Positions 28,451-37,792 of a DNA stretch of 47,764 bases are shown here, piece after piece (within the stretch, counting starts at the first letter, position 1; every line of letters starts with the position of its first letter). The position numbers were made by a program, and so were the translations under genes. The stretch is from Alistipes sp. GTDB lineage: Bacteria > Bacteroidota > Bacteroidia > Bacteroidales > Rikenellaceae. Location of the stretch: assembly GCA_045634725.1 (NCBI GenBank), contig JAZRAT010000057.1:1-47764 (forward strand), written 5' to 3'. The notes beneath the pieces are model-generated. The model did not search any database and had not been told where the DNA came from. It worked only from the letters and a program-made list of their open reading frames with translations.

Positions 28451-29431
28451 ATGAAACATCGTTTTACAAGATTTGCCGCCATTGGTCTTATGCTCATGGT
28501 GGCCGTTGCCTGCAACGCAACGCAGGGTGGTGGGAGTCTCAAGAAGGAGAAGCTGGAGCCCACAAATGCAATCTACCATTGGAAGGGTGTCTACAACCCA
28601 AGTGCCGAGGAGCAAGAGTTTATGAAGAGCCACGAGATAGGGCGTCTCTACATCCGTCTCTTCGACATCGCAGCCGAGTACAATAGTGTGGAGCAGTTTA
28701 TGGAGGCGGTGCCCATTGCCACTACGCGCTTCGATGCCGCAGTGCCCTGCGATGTTGAGGTAGTGCCCGTGACATATATCACCGTTGAGGGCTTGCGCCA
28801 GATGGATGGTGGCGAGGCATACTATGCTAGTGTTATCGTTGAGCGCATCATGGCCATGGCGTCGTATAATGAGCTGGGTGACATCAAGGAGATACAGTAC
28901 GACTGCGACTGGACTGAGAGCACACGCCATATATTCTTTACCCTCTGCCAGGAGACCTGCGATATACTCCACGAGCGAGGCATGAAACTGAGCGTTACGG
29001 TGCGCCTGCATCAGATGCGTGAGGAGGCACCCATGGCAGACCGCGGCGTGTTGATGCTCTACAATACGGGTAACCTGCGTAGCGCAAAGACCGAGAACTC
29101 CATTCTCGATATCGATGACATCGAGCCCTACCTCCGAAAGCGTAACTACCCCTTCCCATTGGACTATGCCTACCCAACATTTGGCTGGGGTGTGGTCTTC
29201 AACGAGGGACGCTTTAGCCACCTTGTAACGAATTATGACACCGTTGAGCTCGGCGAGGGCGAGACCATGCGTGTGGAGCGACCAACGGCCGAGGAGATAT
29301 TGGAGGTAAAGGGTCGTGTCACAAAGGCCTTTGGCAAACCATGTCAGTCTAATATTATCTATCATCTTGACTCTAACCAACTTAAAAACTACACTGACGA
29401 TGAAATCAATGAGATATTTGCTCGCAATTAG
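28451..29431 (+). CDS. Lipoprotein of unknown function with EIQYDCDW motif (possible TIM-barrel, GH18-like fold)
   Basis: Lipobox AVAC; AIYHWK, LYIRLFD, EIQYDCDW, VRLHQ, GVLMLYNTG. Confidence 0.7.
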   Translation: MKHRFTRFAAIGLMLMVAVACNATQGGGSLKKEKLEPTNAIYHWKGVYNPSAEEQEFMKSHEIGRLYIRLFDIAAEYNSVEQFMEAVPIATTRFDAAVPCDVEVVPVTYITVEGLRQMDGGEAYYASVIVERIMAMASYNELGDIKEIQYDCDWTESTRHIFFTLCQETCDILHERGMKLSVTVRLHQMREEAPMADRGVLMLYNTGNLRSAKTENSILDIDDIEPYLRKRNYPFPLDYAYPTFGWGVVFNEGRFSHLVTNYDTVELGEGETMRVERPTAEEILEVKGRVTKAFGKPCQSNIIYHLDSNQLKNYTDDEINEIFARN

Positions 29432-31517
29432 CCTTATGGTAGTGCCCCTCGTGGCTGATGCTTGCTGGCACCCATGGACACTGTACAATAGCACCTCGCT
29501 CTTCCGCCTCGACAATAATAAGAGCGCAAATAATAACATAAAGGAGACAAACTGCCAGCATTGGCAGGAGCTAACACATCGTGACATCCCATTGGATGAT
29601 ATTGAGGAGGTGGTATACACTATGCCCGTTGCGGAGTACGAAGCATTCTATGCTATGGCGGTGTACTACGAGGATAACGCCTTTGCACAGTGGATAAAGC
29701 GTAACGACCCCGAGATTATGGATTTTCTGCTTCTGGCCAAGCGTAACGAGCAGATGCGCTTTCAGTATAGCTCTAAGTGGTACTATCCCACGATGAAGGT
29801 GGGTGGTCCCGTATCGCTCGAGGAGATTGTCGATATGTCGCTTGGCAACGCATCGGTGCGTCTGCGCGACCGCTATCTATTGCAGGCTGTGCGTGCGCTT
29901 ACCACGCTGAAGCGCTACGATGAGTGCCTGAAGTTGTGGAACGAGGAGATATCGCTGCTCCCGGAGGATAACTTTATGCGCAGGCTCTGCTACGAGTATA
30001 TCGCGGGTGCATACTACCATACGGGCGATGTAGAGAGGGCTATGCTTATGTTCGCCTCTTATGGCGACACGGGCTCGATGTACTACATTGCCAAGCAGCA
30101 AGATATGGATTTGACTACGGTTGACATCATCCGCTATAGCTATCTTAGTGGCGCCCCTCTGTCGAGTTTCAACGGCGATATTCGTAAGATGATTGTTGGT
30201 GCAGAGACCTTCCCCGCGGTGGACATGATTGGTGATAAGCCCGTCGTTACGGATGATCTTGTGGCCATTCGTGACCTCGCTATCGAGGCGGGAGCCAACA
30301 TCAACTGTGCCGACCGTGCGCAGTGGCTCTACATCGCTGCCTATATCTATACACAACAGGGCAACTATACCCAGGCTAAAGCGATGCTTTCAAAGGCTGT
30401 GCAAGCCCCTGCTTCGGACTATATGAAGGAGTCGATAGAGGTGCTCAATATCTACTTGGATGCCCTTACAAGTACCTATAACTCAGCATACGAAGAGCGT
30501 CTGTATAAGCAGATTAAGTGGCTCGACATGATGGCGGGTAGAGATTTGAAAGGTTATGATTACGATTGCAGCTCTTGGCATGACTACTCGGAGAACTATT
30601 GGTATAGTAGCATGACACGTATCCTGTCCTATACCGTGGCAAATCGCTATCTCGAGATGGGTAACCCTGCGCGAGCATTGCAGCTGATGAACTTTACGGA
30701 TTATCTGCCATATAAATATATTACAACCATCAGCTATTATATCAATGGTGCTTATCATTATTGGTGGACAGCGAGCGATATTGAGGAGTATCGCAAGGAG
30801 CGTGGAACATTCAACGACATAGACTACTCAACGTACTTCTTTAATATAATCAACAAGCAGACGCCCGATGCAGCTATCGCATACGTCGAGCGTGCTTTGA
30901 ACCCCATTTCGGAGTTCGACCGCTACCTTAACGAGGTGGGCTACACGTCGAGCGATTTCCTATACGACATTGTGGGTACGCTCTGCTTGCGTCATATGCG
31001 CTATCAGGAGGCCGAGCGCTACTTCTCGCTCGTAGGTTTCGACTATCAGTATATGCTCAACGTGATGCTCAAACGCGACCCATTTGATGCACTTTGCGTG
31101 GAGGGTGATCGCATCTCCGACTTCCGCTATAAGTTCGCCGCCACCATGGCATCGTTGGAGCGTGGCGTAGAGGCTACAACCGACCAAAATCGTCGTGCGC
31201 AGCTACTCCTGAAGTTTGGCATCGGCATGGGTAATTCGGCGACCGTATGCTGGCAGCTCACCCACTATGGTGATAGCTACGAGGATAGCTGGAAGGATGA
31301 TGCTGTCACACGCGCACTACAAACCAAGGCTATATTATCGATAAACGAGGCGTTGTTGATGTTTACGAATGCTGAGCTCAAGGCAGAGGCGCTATACGTT
31401 CTGGGTCGCTACCGTACGGTTGCATACGAATATAGTTATACAGAAAAGGCGGAGTATGTGCGTCGCCATTGCGACAACTACGTTGACTACACGCCCGCAT
31501 TCTTAACAACGTATTAA
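29400..31517 (+). CDS. Large secreted helical (TPR-like) protein
   Basis: Signal peptide ending ADAC; repeated helical TPR-like segments; overlaps upstream gene by 32 bp. Confidence 0.7.
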   Translation: MKSMRYLLAISLMVVPLVADACWHPWTLYNSTSLFRLDNNKSANNNIKETNCQHWQELTHRDIPLDDIEEVVYTMPVAEYEAFYAMAVYYEDNAFAQWIKRNDPEIMDFLLLAKRNEQMRFQYSSKWYYPTMKVGGPVSLEEIVDMSLGNASVRLRDRYLLQAVRALTTLKRYDECLKLWNEEISLLPEDNFMRRLCYEYIAGAYYHTGDVERAMLMFASYGDTGSMYYIAKQQDMDLTTVDIIRYSYLSGAPLSSFNGDIRKMIVGAETFPAVDMIGDKPVVTDDLVAIRDLAIEAGANINCADRAQWLYIAAYIYTQQGNYTQAKAMLSKAVQAPASDYMKESIEVLNIYLDALTSTYNSAYEERLYKQIKWLDMMAGRDLKGYDYDCSSWHDYSENYWYSSMTRILSYTVANRYLEMGNPARALQLMNFTDYLPYKYITTISYYINGAYHYWWTASDIEEYRKERGTFNDIDYSTYFFNIINKQTPDAAIAYVERALNPISEFDRYLNEVGYTSSDFLYDIVGTLCLRHMRYQEAERYFSLVGFDYQYMLNVMLKRDPFDALCVEGDRISDFRYKFAATMASLERGVEATTDQNRRAQLLLKFGIGMGNSATVCWQLTHYGDSYEDSWKDDAVTRALQTKAILSINEALLMFTNAELKAEALYVLGRYRTVAYEYSYTEKAEYVRRHCDNYVDYTPAFLTTY

Positions 31518-31539
31518 CCCCACCCCACCCCAAAAGAAT

Positions 31540-31575
31540 AGTAGCGAGGTTGCTTCGTGCACCCCGCTACTTTGT
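31540..31575. terminator. Probable bidirectional terminator between convergent genes
   Basis: AGTAGCG...CGCTACT hairpin with flanking A-rich and T-rich tracts. Confidence 0.6.
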
Positions 31576-33072
31576 TTATACCTTCATCACATTCTCAATG
31601 CCCATATCCTTAATCTTTTGGAGCATCTCGTCGTTGTTGTCCGAGACAACAAGGAGCTTATCTCCCACCAACAACTGCGTCAAGCCCTTGGGCACGAAGT
31701 ATTTCTCGTTGCGGTAAACCATAACCACGAGCGTATGTCCTGGTAGGCGTATATCCTTGAGCGTGTCGCCCTTTTTGAGCAGTGCTTCGTTGACCTCAAT
31801 CTCCGAGAATTCGCTTCGTATGTGGTCGGGTACGGTGAGCTTGAAGGTGCGCTGCGGCTCGGCATAGGATAGCTTAAGCCAGTTTGCCATGCTGCTTACC
31901 GTCGTGCCCTGCACAAGAAGCGATATGATGGTCACAAGGAAGACCACATTAAATATATACTCCGAGCCCTCCACGCCATGCGTAACCGTATAGAGCGCAA
32001 AGATGATGGGCACAGCACCGCGCAGACCCACCCACGAGGCATAGACACGGGCGCGCTTCGAGAATTGGCGGAAGGGTGCCATACATATAATCGTAGATAT
32101 GGGGCGCGCAATGATAATCATGAATGCTCCGATTGCCAAGGCCATGATGTATACATTGGGTTGTATCAAGTCGTTGATATCCACCATGAGGCCGAGCAAG
32201 AGGAACAATATGATCTGCAACAGGAGTGTGAACGAGTCGAAGAAGGTGCTCAGCATGTTGCGAAAGACGATGCGGAAGTTACCCACGACAAGGCCCGCGA
32301 TATATACCGCGAGGTAGCCGTTGCCGTATGCAATCGTAGTAAACGAGTAGGTGAAGAATGCCGAGGCGAGCAGCAACACCGAGTAGAGCGAAGGGTTGCT
32401 ACGGATGTTTATGCGGTTCATAATCCACACCGTAGCGCGACCGAAGCCGTAGCCGAGGGCTGCACCAACGACCATCTGCACCACGAATGTACCCACGGCA
32501 TTTACCCAGTTTAAGCCATCGGTGCCCGTCGCTATGCCCACGAGCATAACGGTAAGGATATAGGCCATGGGGTCGTTACTACCACTCTCCAACTCCAACA
32601 GCGGGCGTAGGTTCTGGCGTAATCCCTGCTTCTTGGTGCGAAGTATCGAAAAGACTGATGCAGAGTCGGTTGACGACATCGTCGCGGCAAGCAACAATGC
32701 AATGGGGAAGGGTAGTGTGAAGCCTAAATATGGGGCTATGAAATAGATGAACGAGCCCACAATTACCGCAGTGAGTACTACGCCCAGCGTTGCCATAACA
32801 ATACCTGGGGCCATTACGGGGCGTATGTCGGCGAACTTCGTATCCATACCACCCGAGAAGAGTATGATGCACAGTGCTACCATGCCTATGAACTCTGCAA
32901 ACTCCACCGCTGCGGGGGAGTCTACCGATACCCAGTCGTAGTGGCCAAAGAGCATGCCCACACCCAAAAAGAGTAGCAACGCTGGGGCTCCAAGACGGTA
33001 TGCCGCCTTACCCGCAAGCACTGCGACGAAGAGTAGTAGGGCTGCTACAAGCAGAAAGTTCGCGTTCAACAT
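31576..33072 (-). CDS. cvrA: K+/H+ antiporter (CvrA/NhaP2) with TrkA-C domain
   Basis: SSTDSASVF, LELESGSNDPMA, WVGLRGAVPIIFA, C-terminal TrkA-C; start ATG 33072 or TTG 33084. Confidence 0.9.
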   Translation of the reverse strand: MLNANFLLVAALLLFVAVLAGKAAYRLGAPALLLFLGVGMLFGHYDWVSVDSPAAVEFAEFIGMVALCIILFSGGMDTKFADIRPVMAPGIVMATLGVVLTAVIVGSFIYFIAPYLGFTLPFPIALLLAATMSSTDSASVFSILRTKKQGLRQNLRPLLELESGSNDPMAYILTVMLVGIATGTDGLNWVNAVGTFVVQMVVGAALGYGFGRATVWIMNRINIRSNPSLYSVLLLASAFFTYSFTTIAYGNGYLAVYIAGLVVGNFRIVFRNMLSTFFDSFTLLLQIILFLLLGLMVDINDLIQPNVYIMALAIGAFMIIIARPISTIICMAPFRQFSKRARVYASWVGLRGAVPIIFALYTVTHGVEGSEYIFNVVFLVTIISLLVQGTTVSSMANWLKLSYAEPQRTFKLTVPDHIRSEFSEIEVNEALLKKGDTLKDIRLPGHTLVVMVYRNEKYFVPKGLTQLLVGDKLLVVSDNNDEMLQKIKDMGIENVMKV

Positions 33073-33147
33073 ACTTATTTTCAATATATTCTAAATTCAA
33101 TACTCAATAAACCCGATAGTTGTGGGCTGCTATCATCACACGCTTAT

Positions 33148-33648
33148 CTACGATTGGATAATCGTCACCTTGTCCACCATGATGTGCTCGAATATGGCGT
33201 ACTCATAGAGTGCCAATGCCACTATCGAACCATCCTTGCTACGACACTCTGCAACTATCAGCGTAGATATGTTGGATGTCTCTACAGCCTCAAGGCGATT
33301 GTAATCCTTAGCCGCAATTGCCGCCTTAAGCTCCGCGCTCTTGTCGAGTGTGTAGTAGCGCTCCCGATAGCTCATATAGCTCTTCGAGGGTGTGTGGTAT
33401 GGCACGGTGTCGTTGTTGATGTAGCGCATCATCACAACACTCAGCCCATATAGCATTAACACTCCGCCACCAACGATAAGCGCCATCTCGAGTGTCCCCT
33501 CCTTTGTGCTTGGCATAAGGAGAGCGGTAAGCAATAGTGCCACACCCACGATGGCAGTAATAACGGGTCTTGTAATTGGGCGGCGTCGTGGCTGCACAAC
33601 GCCATTCGGCAAGGCATATAGTGCCTCGCATATCTCTTGTCTAATCAT
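33148..33648 (-). CDS. Hypothetical membrane protein (2 TM)
   Basis: Two hydrophobic helices; co-oriented with neighbours. Confidence 0.65.
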   Translation of the reverse strand: MIRQEICEALYALPNGVVQPRRRPITRPVITAIVGVALLLTALLMPSTKEGTLEMALIVGGGVLMLYGLSVVMMRYINNDTVPYHTPSKSYMSYRERYYTLDKSAELKAAIAAKDYNRLEAVETSNISTLIVAECRSKDGSIVALALYEYAIFEHIMVDKVTIIQS

Positions 33649-33725
33649 AAAAATGTCTGTTTTAGTCGGTTTATACTTTGGTTGTGCCTCATGCGAGGCT
33701 CTGGTTTTGGGTAGTATAAAACGGG

Positions 33726-34127
33726 CTAAATAATCAATCTCCGTAGTCGGCAGATGTAGTGGTGTCGGGCTATGGAGACAAACAATATTTTATGGTTATA
33801 CAATCCGTAACGTGTGGCGGTGGTAGTGCTGTCAATTGCCGTTGCCACCCTCTGATGCGCAGATGTACGCTCGGCATCGCGCGATACGCTGTAAAGCGTT
33901 CGTACCTCGGGCGTCAATGTTCGGGGTGTTGAGCTATTGGTGGCAATAGCTGCACTATTGTTGTCGCACTCCACCAGGGCTATCTCTTGGTGCTCGGTGG
34001 TGGTGTGGTGTGTCACATCGTAGCCTGCGGCTTGCTCCAATACGGCCGCACGGCACTCCACCGTAAAGAGCGTCGTAAATGCCATGATTAGGAGCGTGGC
34101 GAGGTATGTGTGACGAGCCTTTATCAT
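33726..34127 (-). CDS. Hypothetical exported protein
   Basis: Signal-peptide-like N-terminus; ATGA overlap with the TonB-like gene. Confidence 0.5.
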   Translation of the reverse strand: MIKARHTYLATLLIMAFTTLFTVECRAAVLEQAAGYDVTHHTTTEHQEIALVECDNNSAAIATNSSTPRTLTPEVRTLYSVSRDAERTSAHQRVATAIDSTTTATRYGLYNHKILFVSIARHHYICRLRRLII

Positions 34128-34984
34128 TGTGCTACAAAGGTATAGGTTATCGTACCAACATTGCTTACAGGGGCATTGGGGTCGATGTTAAATATCGTGC
34201 CTGTGTTGAGTGCCGCCTTGCGTGCTATCTCGTTGAGTGCGCTATTTGACGACTCCTTGACTACGGCACTTTTAACCGTGCCATTGCGGTCTACTCTGAC
34301 CTCCAGAACCACATAGCCTCCCTCCTTGGCGAGGTAGGCGGGCTTGTAGAGACTTGTGCGGGCGGTGCGTGCAACCTTCTTGTTGCCACTCACATAGTTG
34401 ATGTTGTACGACACGGTCACTGCGCCCTTGAAGTTCTTATCCTTGCCATCGCCCTTCTTGCCACCCGAGCCGTTGCCCGAGCCACCCGTACCTATGCCGT
34501 TAGCCTCGCGCATGCCACTCTCGTAGTCGCTACGATTTGAAGCCATATCCGAGGCAATCTTATCCATCATCTGCTGTGTCTCGTTGTCGTAGTTCTGGCT
34601 CTCGGCGCCTCCCTCCTCTGCCGACTCGTTAGACTGCACATTCTTAACTTGTTGTACGGCGGCCAAGCGACGGTCTATCTCCTCTTGCAGTTTGTCGCGC
34701 TGTTGCTTTAGCTTCTCCACCTCCTCGGGTGTAGGCTCATCGTCGACAAACTCGATGATATATTCGATGGGTGGAATCTCCACATTTACTCGTGCCGTAG
34801 CAATCCACAGGCCACCGATAAGCATAGATATGATTACGGCAACAAAGCCAAGACGGTGGCTGTAGAGCCACTCGCCAAAGCTCTCGGAGCGCGTATCTCC
34901 GAGGTCTATATGGGGGCGACGACGTGGCCTTGGCTGCTGGCCTGTTGTGCGGTTATCTCTCTGTCTGTTTGTTATATCGCTCAT
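34124..34984 (-). CDS. TonB-family energy transducer-like protein
   Basis: N-terminal TM helix, coiled coil, Gly-rich linker, TonB-C motif GYVVLEVRVDRNGTVKSA...GTITYTF. Confidence 0.8.
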   Translation of the reverse strand: MSDITNRQRDNRTTGQQPRPRRRPHIDLGDTRSESFGEWLYSHRLGFVAVIISMLIGGLWIATARVNVEIPPIEYIIEFVDDEPTPEEVEKLKQQRDKLQEEIDRRLAAVQQVKNVQSNESAEEGGAESQNYDNETQQMMDKIASDMASNRSDYESGMREANGIGTGGSGNGSGGKKGDGKDKNFKGAVTVSYNINYVSGNKKVARTARTSLYKPAYLAKEGGYVVLEVRVDRNGTVKSAVVKESSNSALNEIARKAALNTGTIFNIDPNAPVSNVGTITYTFVAQ

Positions 34985-35002
34985 TTGTATAATATTTCAG
35001 AG

Positions 35003-35041
35003 CAAAAGTAGTAATTTTTTTTAAATTTTTTAGTATATTTG
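35003..35041. promoter_or_regulatory. Divergent -7 promoter boxes
   Basis: TATATTTG + at 35034-35041; TACTTTTG - at 35003-35010. Confidence 0.6.
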
Positions 35042-35089
35042 TCCCATTAATGCGAATTAACATTTGGTAAAAACCTAAAAATATCAATT

Positions 35090-36475
35090 ATGGCAACCAA
35101 ACAACGAACTCTTGCCGCAGCGATTTCATTCCAGGGTAAGGGTCTGCACACAGGCTTGCAGGTGACAATGACAGTAAATCCCGCAGAGGAGAACCATGGC
35201 ATAACATTCCGTCGTGTTGATCTTGAGGGTGCTCCCGAGGTTCCCGCATTGTGCGAGTATGTAGTAGATACATCACGCGGCACAACAATCGAGAAGGGCG
35301 CAGCTAAGGTCAGCACCATCGAGCATATCCTTTCAGCACTTTGGACTCTTGGCGTAGACAACGCCTCTATCGATATCAATGCCCCCGAGACCCCCATTAT
35401 GGATGGCTCGGCACTCGAGTATGCTACACGCATCACAGAGGTGGGTACCGTAGAGCAGAACGCCGAGCGCCGCTACTACGAGGTGACAGAGAAGCAGGTA
35501 TACACACTTCCCGAGAAGGGCGTAGCTATCGTGTTGTATCCCGATGATGAGTTCTCAGTATCGGTACACGTTGACTACAACTCAAAGGTTGTGGGTAACC
35601 AGTATGCTACATACACCCATGCTGATGACTACACATCAAAGATTGCGATGTGTCGTACCTTTGTCTTCCTCCACGAGCTCGAGCCCCTTATGAAGATGAA
35701 CCTCATCAAGGGTGGTGACCTCGACAACGCTATCGTAGTTGTTGAGAACCCCGTGACTGACGAGCAGCTCGACCACCTCAAGAAGATCTTCGGCAAGGAG
35801 GATATTCGCATCACAGGTGGCTACTTGAACAACCAGCAGCTCCGCGCAAACAACGAGCTCGCACGCCACAAGCTCCTCGACGTGCTTGGCGACTTTGCAT
35901 TGCTCGGCATGCGCATCAAGGGCCGTGTATGGGCTACACGTCCTGGTCACTTCGCTAATACGGAGTTCATGAAGGAGCTCTCACGCGCAATCCGTCGCAG
36001 TGGTGAGAAGCCCGCGTTCAAATATAGCGCAAAGAACCAGCCACTCTTGGACATCAACCAGATCAAGGCATTGCTTCCTCACCGTCCTCCATTCTTGCTC
36101 GTTGACCGCGTATTCCATATCGAAGAGAATGCTATCGGTGGCATCAAGCAGGTATCTATGAACGAGCCCTTCTTCGTGGGTCACTTCCCCGAGGAACCCG
36201 TTATGCCTGGCGTGCTCATCATCGAGGCGTTGGCACAGTGCTGTGGCATCTTGGTGCTCAGCCGTGTTGAGGACCCCGAGAGCTACTCTACATACTTCCT
36301 CAAGGCCGATGGCGTGAAGTGGAAGCGTAAGGTTGTGCCTGGCGACACCTTGCAGCTCGAGTGTCACATCTCGGATATGCGTCGTGGCATCTGCACAGCC
36401 GAGGCTAAGGCCTTCGTAGGAGGTCAGCTTGCGTGCGAGGCAGTGCTCACAGCGCAGATTGTTAAGAACAGATAA
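35090..36475 (+). CDS. lpxC-fabZ: Bifunctional LpxC deacetylase / FabZ dehydratase
   Basis: GKGLHTG, STIEHILSAL, HKLLDVLGD (LpxC); LPHRPPFLLVD, GHFPEEPVMPGVL (FabZ). Confidence 0.96.
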   Translation: MATKQRTLAAAISFQGKGLHTGLQVTMTVNPAEENHGITFRRVDLEGAPEVPALCEYVVDTSRGTTIEKGAAKVSTIEHILSALWTLGVDNASIDINAPETPIMDGSALEYATRITEVGTVEQNAERRYYEVTEKQVYTLPEKGVAIVLYPDDEFSVSVHVDYNSKVVGNQYATYTHADDYTSKIAMCRTFVFLHELEPLMKMNLIKGGDLDNAIVVVENPVTDEQLDHLKKIFGKEDIRITGGYLNNQQLRANNELARHKLLDVLGDFALLGMRIKGRVWATRPGHFANTEFMKELSRAIRRSGEKPAFKYSAKNQPLLDINQIKALLPHRPPFLLVDRVFHIEENAIGGIKQVSMNEPFFVGHFPEEPVMPGVLIIEALAQCCGILVLSRVEDPESYSTYFLKADGVKWKRKVVPGDTLQLECHISDMRRGICTAEAKAFVGGQLACEAVLTAQIVKNR

Positions 36476-36504
36476 TACTGACACAAACAAATATAAACAT
36501 TTTT

Positions 36505-37290
36505 ATGATTAGTAATTTGGCATACGTTCATCCCGATGCAAAGATCGGTAACAACGTAACTATCGAGCCTTTTGCCTACGTCGAGGGTGACGTGGTGATT
36601 GGCGACGATTGCTGGATCGGCCCCCACGCCTGCATCTACAATGGTGCACGCCTCGGTAAGGGTAACAAGGTGCACCCCGGCGCCTGCATCGCTTGCCTCC
36701 CCCAGGATCTTAAGTTCGATGGCGAGCAGACAACAGCCGTAATTGGCGACTATAACGATATCCGTGAGTGCGTGACTATCGCTCGCGGTACTGCCTCACG
36801 CGGTACAACCATCGTGGGTAGCAATAACCTCCTCATGGCATATGTGCATGTTGCGCACGACGACGTTGTGGGTAGCCACTGCGTTATCGCTAACCGTGTA
36901 TCTCTCGCAGGCGAGGTGGAGATTGGTGACTGGGTAGTTATCGGTGGCCACGCAGCAATCCACCAGTGGGTACACATCGGTGACCACTGCATGATTCAGG
37001 GTGGTGCTCTCGTAACACAGGATATCCCTCCCTACATCATCGCTACAAATGGCGAGACCCACTATGCTGGTATCAACAAGGTAGGCCTCTCACGTCGTGG
37101 CTTTACCGATGAGCAGATCTCATCTATCCACAACACTTGCCGTATCCTCTTCCAGAGCGAGCTCAACTACATGGCGGGCTGTGACAAGGCTGAGGCAGAG
37201 ATTCCCGAGACACCCGAGCGCAACAAGCTTATCGAGTTTATCCGTGGTTCGAAGCGAGGTGTTATCAAGCAATATATGTCTCGCCGATAA
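36505..37290 (+). CDS. lpxA: UDP-N-acetylglucosamine acyltransferase
   Basis: Hexapeptide repeats, PQDLKF, MAYVHVAHD, GINKVGLSRRGF. Confidence 0.95.
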   Translation: MISNLAYVHPDAKIGNNVTIEPFAYVEGDVVIGDDCWIGPHACIYNGARLGKGNKVHPGACIACLPQDLKFDGEQTTAVIGDYNDIRECVTIARGTASRGTTIVGSNNLLMAYVHVAHDDVVGSHCVIANRVSLAGEVEIGDWVVIGGHAAIHQWVHIGDHCMIQGGALVTQDIPPYIIATNGETHYAGINKVGLSRRGFTDEQISSIHNTCRILFQSELNYMAGCDKAEAEIPETPERNKLIEFIRGSKRGVIKQYMSRR

Positions 37291-37543
37291 TTTTTTACGA
37301 TAAGGCAGACATCTACTGCCGCTAACAAAAAGTGCCGTTAATGGAATGTACGTCGAGTACTATCCATCGACGGCATTTTTGCCGAGCGTTGTAGCTGCAG
37401 CCTTCTCCTAAAAAATAATTTTTCGTGATAGTGGCGCATCTGCGGCGCTTCAATCAAAAGTCCGAATGGGACGTACGTCAAGTACTACCCATCCGGACTT
37501 TTTTCATGTCAGCGCCACATCTGCACCACTCTGACGAAAAATT
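37289..37543. repeat. Tandem palindromic elements: copy 6 (37289 to about 37416) and copy 7 (37417-37543)
   Basis: Same frame as copies 1-5; copy 7 ends AATTTTTCGT/ACGAAAAATT. Confidence 0.9.
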
Positions 37544-37597
37544 TGTTGGCGCTAATGATGTATGTTGGTGGAAAATTATATGCACCATGTAAAAAGA

Positions 37598-37632
37598 AAA
37601 AGCCTCGATAATCGTGTGATTATCAAGGCTTA
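37598..37632 (-). terminator. Original host terminator of tRNA-Pro, now downstream of the att duplicate
   Basis: AAGCCTCGATAATC/GATTATCAAGGCTT hairpin preceded by A tracts on +. Confidence 0.65.
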
Positions 37633-37638
37633 TGGTTA

Positions 37639-37681
37639 GTCGGGATGACAAGATTCGAACTTGCGACAACACGCCCCCCAG
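37639..37681 (-). repeat. att site: 43-bp duplication of the tRNA-Pro 3' half
   Basis: GTCGGGATGACAAGATTCGAACTTGCGACAACACGCCCCCCAG identical to 45204-45246. Confidence 0.95.
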
Positions 37682-37792
37682 GAGTGTATATTCTATTTAT
37701 TTTATTTTGTATTTTCATTTATTATACTTATCTTTGTATTGTGGTTGAGGGAGTTACACAATTATATTAAATCGTATTAAGCAATATAAAAG

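Noticed and set aside
28448-29620. 390-aa minus-strand ORF
   Set aside because: Lies fully antisense to a lipoprotein gene with a clear signal peptide; long antisense ORFs are common throughout this window because of codon bias.
2802-37543. Palindromes as integron attC sites
   Set aside because: The associated genes are core genes (lepA, lpxA), there are no RYYYAAC/GTTRRRY ends and no IntI-type integrase; only the principle of structure conservation is similar.
37639-37681. Second tRNA-Pro gene
   Set aside because: Only the 3' 43 bp are present; it is the att duplication.
37289-37681. Functional link between palindrome copies 6-7 and the adjacent att site
   Set aside because: The copies lie outside the att-bounded element and the same family occurs at three loci far from it; proximity is probably coincidental.
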